Virus record (IMG/VR): IMGVR_UViG_3300032038_000022 | Location: 32,001 to 96,000 of that record | DNA from: a virus | Taxonomy: Duplodnaviria; Caudoviricetes | Strand: one strand, 5' to 3' | DNA length: 64,000 nucleotides | In this document: positions 60,769 to 64,000 of the stretch, piece by piece | Layout of the letters: every line of letters starts with the position of its first letter | Position numbering within the stretch: the first letter of the stretch is position 1 | Notes under the pieces: model-generated | The model's database searches: none | What the model saw: only the letters and a program-made list of their open reading frames with translations | Told to the model about the DNA's origin: nothing | Program-made: the position numbers and the translations under genes

Positions 60769-61971
60769 TTATAAAACTATTTTATCACCACTCTTTTGAA
60801 TGTGTGTTCGTAGCTCATTATTAATTTTATCTTTAGTTTGTTTTAAAGACTGACCTATATTGGTATTAACCAGCTCAAGATAAGATTTTGTTGCTGGATC
60901 TTTACCACTCTTAGCATCAACGAACTGAATAAGCTTATTTTTAGAATATTTAGTTGCTGGTCTTAAACTAAGAGTAACGTCGCAATACATAGGTGTAAGA
61001 TCTGGACCAGTTATTGAAGATGGATTTTTAACCATAGTTTTAGAAAATGTAAGATTACAGTTATTTATAACTAAGTTATCTAATGCATAAAAAGTTCCAA
61101 ATCTAAGTTTTAAAGTTCCTTTCTGCACTATATCTACATCTTGTATTTCTGATTCGAATCCACCTGGAGGTAATTGCCATGATGCAAATTTTTTAACAAA
61201 CTCACCAAGATCACCATCTCCCAACTCCGTAACATCTATATAATCACCTATAATATACGGCATTATACCTTGAACCTGATCAATGACCGAAACAAACGTA
61301 CTTCCTTCCCATTTTGGAAATAATGTAAATTTCATAATAAGATTTCCAAAAGCAATACCAGTTCCAGAATAATAAGAGAATCTTGTACCTTTAACAATTA
61401 ATGCCCTAGAAAGATATTTTGCTTGTTCATCTAGCTTTTTTGCTCCAAATTTACTAATTGCATCTATTAGTTGGAAAGCACCTTTAGAAAGATTAGACAA
61501 CTTAGTATCTGTATTTTGCAAATATGATTCAGTTTTTGAAGATATGTCAGCGAGACCTTTAGCAAATTCTCTCATATACGGGGCTGAAGCCTTATTATCA
61601 TTCCACATATTTCCAATAGGATCACCACCAAAATCTGTCCAAGTATTTACTATATCAACAGAAAAATCTTCATTACATAAAGCAACGGCAATGGGGATTG
61701 TTGAATATTTCCACATTTCCACCTCAGGAATTTCTGTTGTTTCCTCTGGATAAGCAACATGCTTCCATTCTCCTGCAGCTGCACCATCTGCTTTGACATA
61801 TACTGTATTTGGGTGTAATGATACTCTAAGTACAGGATTCTCTAATTGTTGATCATAATAAAATCCACTAATATTTCTAGAAAAGTTATTATCTTTTGTC
61901 TTTCCAGCATTATTATTAGTTATACTGTATTTATCATCTAGCCAAGGATTAGTTTCAGTAATTTTTGCCAT
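60769..61971 (-). CDS. putative tail-tube initiator (gp48/gp54-like)
   Basis: LVINNCNLTFS...PMYCDVTLSL pattern; lies between tape measure and LysM-like genes. Confidence 0.55.
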   Translation of the reverse strand: MAKITETNPWLDDKYSITNNNAGKTKDNNFSRNISGFYYDQQLENPVLRVSLHPNTVYVKADGAAAGEWKHVAYPEETTEIPEVEMWKYSTIPIAVALCNEDFSVDIVNTWTDFGGDPIGNMWNDNKASAPYMREFAKGLADISSKTESYLQNTDTKLSNLSKGAFQLIDAISKFGAKKLDEQAKYLSRALIVKGTRFSYYSGTGIAFGNLIMKFTLFPKWEGSTFVSVIDQVQGIMPYIIGDYIDVTELGDGDLGEFVKKFASWQLPPGGFESEIQDVDIVQKGTLKLRFGTFYALDNLVINNCNLTFSKTMVKNPSSITGPDLTPMYCDVTLSLRPATKYSKNKLIQFVDAKSGKDPATKSYLELVNTNIGQSLKQTKDKINNELRTHIQKSGDKIVL

Positions 61972-61988
61972 AATATATTTATTTATTT

Positions 61989-64000
61989 TTATCCTAAACT
62001 TCTACCAGACATCGCTTTGGTAAAAGAGTCGTGTTCTCTTAAACTATTAATAACTGGCGGCGTTGGTCTATTACCTGCCCAAGTTTCATCAGCAACAGCA
62101 GCTACTCCTTTGGCAATAAGAGTTGAGATATCATTACCCTTCTTTAGCTCTTGAAGGATAAGCTCATTATTTCCTCCTACTTTTCCTCCATCAGCATAGC
62201 CATTAGAATTCTTAGTTTTTATTCTTACGTTTTCAATAGAGTTAATTAATCTTGGATTAGCTTTAACAAGCTCAGCTGGAATTACGTATTCTCCTTTATG
62301 TACAATACCAGCAGGTTCATATTTACCACCTGGACCAGTATAACCACCGGAAGTAAAACCCCCTATAACATTATCTCCTTCCGGTAATGTCCGTTGCCAA
62401 AATGGAATTTTACCATGATATTCAGTGTCCGGTTGCCTTTTCGTTACGTAATTTTTGTATGCTGTCTTTCCCTCAGTCGTGGTAACTTTGCCTCTTTGAT
62501 TCATTTTATATCCTTTTTGATTCATTTTTTTCGTAAGTATAGCTAACCGACGATTTCTAGCACCTTTATTTTTCCCATAACCACCATCAAAAATTTCTCT
62601 AATTTCATTTTTTGGCATACCAGTTACTTCAGAAGCTTCACGAATACTATTTTCTCTAATTTCCCAGTTCTTAGATGAAATATAAGCTCCATCATGAGTA
62701 TCCCAAGCATTCATAAAATTTTCAGCTCTTTTTCTATTAGCTTCCTCTGGAGTAATCTTTCCAAATTTTTCATCTAAATAGATTGCATTGCTTTTCTCGA
62801 AAAAGTTAAGTTTATCATACATTAGATCTTGTGTCCGGAGATAAGTTTCATTAAGATCTGACAATGCTATACCGAGGTGATTTAAAGCATCTTCACCATA
62901 TTTTTCATATAATTTTCTAACTTCCTGTAGATATGTTTCACCAGCTTTTCCTATACTAGAGAATTCTTTAGCTAAGTCATTTCTATTTTGTTTTAGATAT
63001 AGTTCATGCTTCGAATTAGCTTTTTTTATTCTTTCTACTTCTTCTTTACTTTTTCCGTCAATTTCTTGCATGTTTTTAGAAGCTATTTCTACGTCATCGC
63101 ATACTTGTTTCCACATTTTATCATATAATTCTGCTAATTCCTGGGCAGATAACTTAGAATTTTCTACAGTAATTTCAAAAAATTTATCAAAATTTTCTTT
63201 TTTATGTATAGCTTCAGCTAATTTAAGACGTGCAGCTGTTCTTTTTTTATTTTCTTCATCAACCTTTCCAATAGTATAATTTGAATCACCTTCACGAGTA
63301 CTTATCTCATTTGTCTGATAAACGTCACGCTTTCTCTCAAGTTCTCCTATTCTAAACTGGAGTTCTCGTTGAGTTGAAGAATCTTTTGAAACTTTTAACT
63401 CATCTTTTAAATTTTTTATCCCGTTAACAACTTCTTCATATTCGTCCCCATGAAGAACTCTAGCTTTAAAATCTTTATATTTTTCTTCTTCAGCATTAAA
63501 ACTATTTCCTTTTCTATTTCCTTTTTGATACTCTTCAAAATAATTATCTCTAAATAATTTATCGGCACCCTCTGTATTTCCAGTAAGTAATAACTCATAT
63601 AACTTGCCTATTGTATCTTTCTTAGTGCCAAAAGAATGCGATCCAAAATGACTTTTAGTTGCTAAACCATTTTTTGAAAATAAATTATCTGATATATTTA
63701 ATAGTTTATCTTCTGCAGACGAGCTTATATTATATCCTCTTTCCCAAGCTTTAATATTGGAAATAAGATGTTGACGCTTATCTTTAGGCATTTCCTTCCA
63801 ACCCTTTATAAAATCATCAAAAGATTGGGAAGAATTCTCTTTAAAATACTGAGAATGTTTTGTCCAAAGCTGGGCACCTTGATTTACAACCGCCATATCT
63901 TTATTTTCTTTTTCCACTTCTTTTGGAGATTTAACATCAAATGGTTTCCATGAACTTACAGTCCAATTCGCTCCATCAGACGCATAAATATCTCCACCGG
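61989..64000 (-). CDS. tape measure protein, C-terminal part (runs off the window)
   Basis: GGYTGPGGKYEPAGIVHKGEYVIP and GYADGG.V motifs; the frame stays open upstream of GTG 63917 to the window edge. Confidence 0.8.
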   Translation of the reverse strand, partial: GGDIYASDGANWTVSSWKPFDVKSPKEVEKENKDMAVVNQGAQLWTKHSQYFKENSSQSFDDFIKGWKEMPKDKRQHLISNIKAWERGYNISSSAEDKLLNISDNLFSKNGLATKSHFGSHSFGTKKDTIGKLYELLLTGNTEGADKLFRDNYFEEYQKGNRKGNSFNAEEEKYKDFKARVLHGDEYEEVVNGIKNLKDELKVSKDSSTQRELQFRIGELERKRDVYQTNEISTREGDSNYTIGKVDEENKKRTAARLKLAEAIHKKENFDKFFEITVENSKLSAQELAELYDKMWKQVCDDVEIASKNMQEIDGKSKEEVERIKKANSKHELYLKQNRNDLAKEFSSIGKAGETYLQEVRKLYEKYGEDALNHLGIALSDLNETYLRTQDLMYDKLNFFEKSNAIYLDEKFGKITPEEANRKRAENFMNAWDTHDGAYISSKNWEIRENSIREASEVTGMPKNEIREIFDGGYGKNKGARNRRLAILTKKMNQKGYKMNQRGKVTTTEGKTAYKNYVTKRQPDTEYHGKIPFWQRTLPEGDNVIGGFTSGGYTGPGGKYEPAGIVHKGEYVIPAELVKANPRLINSIENVRIKTKNSNGYADGGKVGGNNELILQELKKGNDISTLIAKGVAAVADETWAGNRPTPPVINSLREHDSFTKAMSGRSLG

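Noticed and set aside
1964-63953. Numerous 60-170 aa antisense or nested ORFs in the track
   Set aside because: They are shadows of longer genes, with no motifs or independent expression signals
1-64000. Stop-codon reassignment as in Lak or some crAss-like phages
   Set aside because: ORFs up to 2676 aa are intact under code 11 and tile the window; the two breaks found are homopolymer frameshifts, and the tRNA is not a suppressor
1-64000. DGR template repeat or reverse transcriptase in the window
   Set aside because: The CGAGTTAGGGCG anchor was seen only in the two target genes, and no ORF shows RT motifs (scan by eye)
63768-64000. GTG 63917 as the real start of the last gene
   Set aside because: The frame stays open to the window edge, so the gene starts outside the window

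Overview
An AT-rich (roughly 30% GC by eye), gene-dense segment of a large tailed phage genome with a contractile tail, in the standard genetic code and probably infecting Bacteroidota. The host inference rests on promoter-like TAnnnnTG boxes, A-rich gene starts without Shine-Dalgarno sites and Bacteroides-phage-type proteins. Positions 1-10.2 kb (+ strand) hold accessory genes: IF-1, a YfaP/DUF2135-like protein and partner, an ABC/AAA ATPase, TelA and DUF3307. From 10.2 kb onward all convincing genes are on the - strand: a frameshifted RNA ligase, a class II aldolase-like and an HD-like gene, an SF2 helicase-like gene with a palindrome-rich upstream region, tRNA-Gln, then tail-fibre, lysis, baseplate and tape-measure genes. 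The most notable locus is at 15.7-18.5 kb. Two tandem C-type-lectin-fold genes have DGR-style hypervariable 3' ends and are bounded by three exact 19-bp direct repeats. They are followed by a GC-rich hairpin and a short Avd-like stub, with no reverse transcriptase or template repeat found in the window. This looks like a diversity-generating retroelement that lost its avd-TR-RT module and duplicated its target gene. Also notable are adjacent giant proteins carrying a CotH-kinase-like and a metallophosphoesterase domain, a recurrent CCTTAnnnnTG promoter motif, and a candidate small RNA. All family calls come from motif recognition by eye, not database searches.
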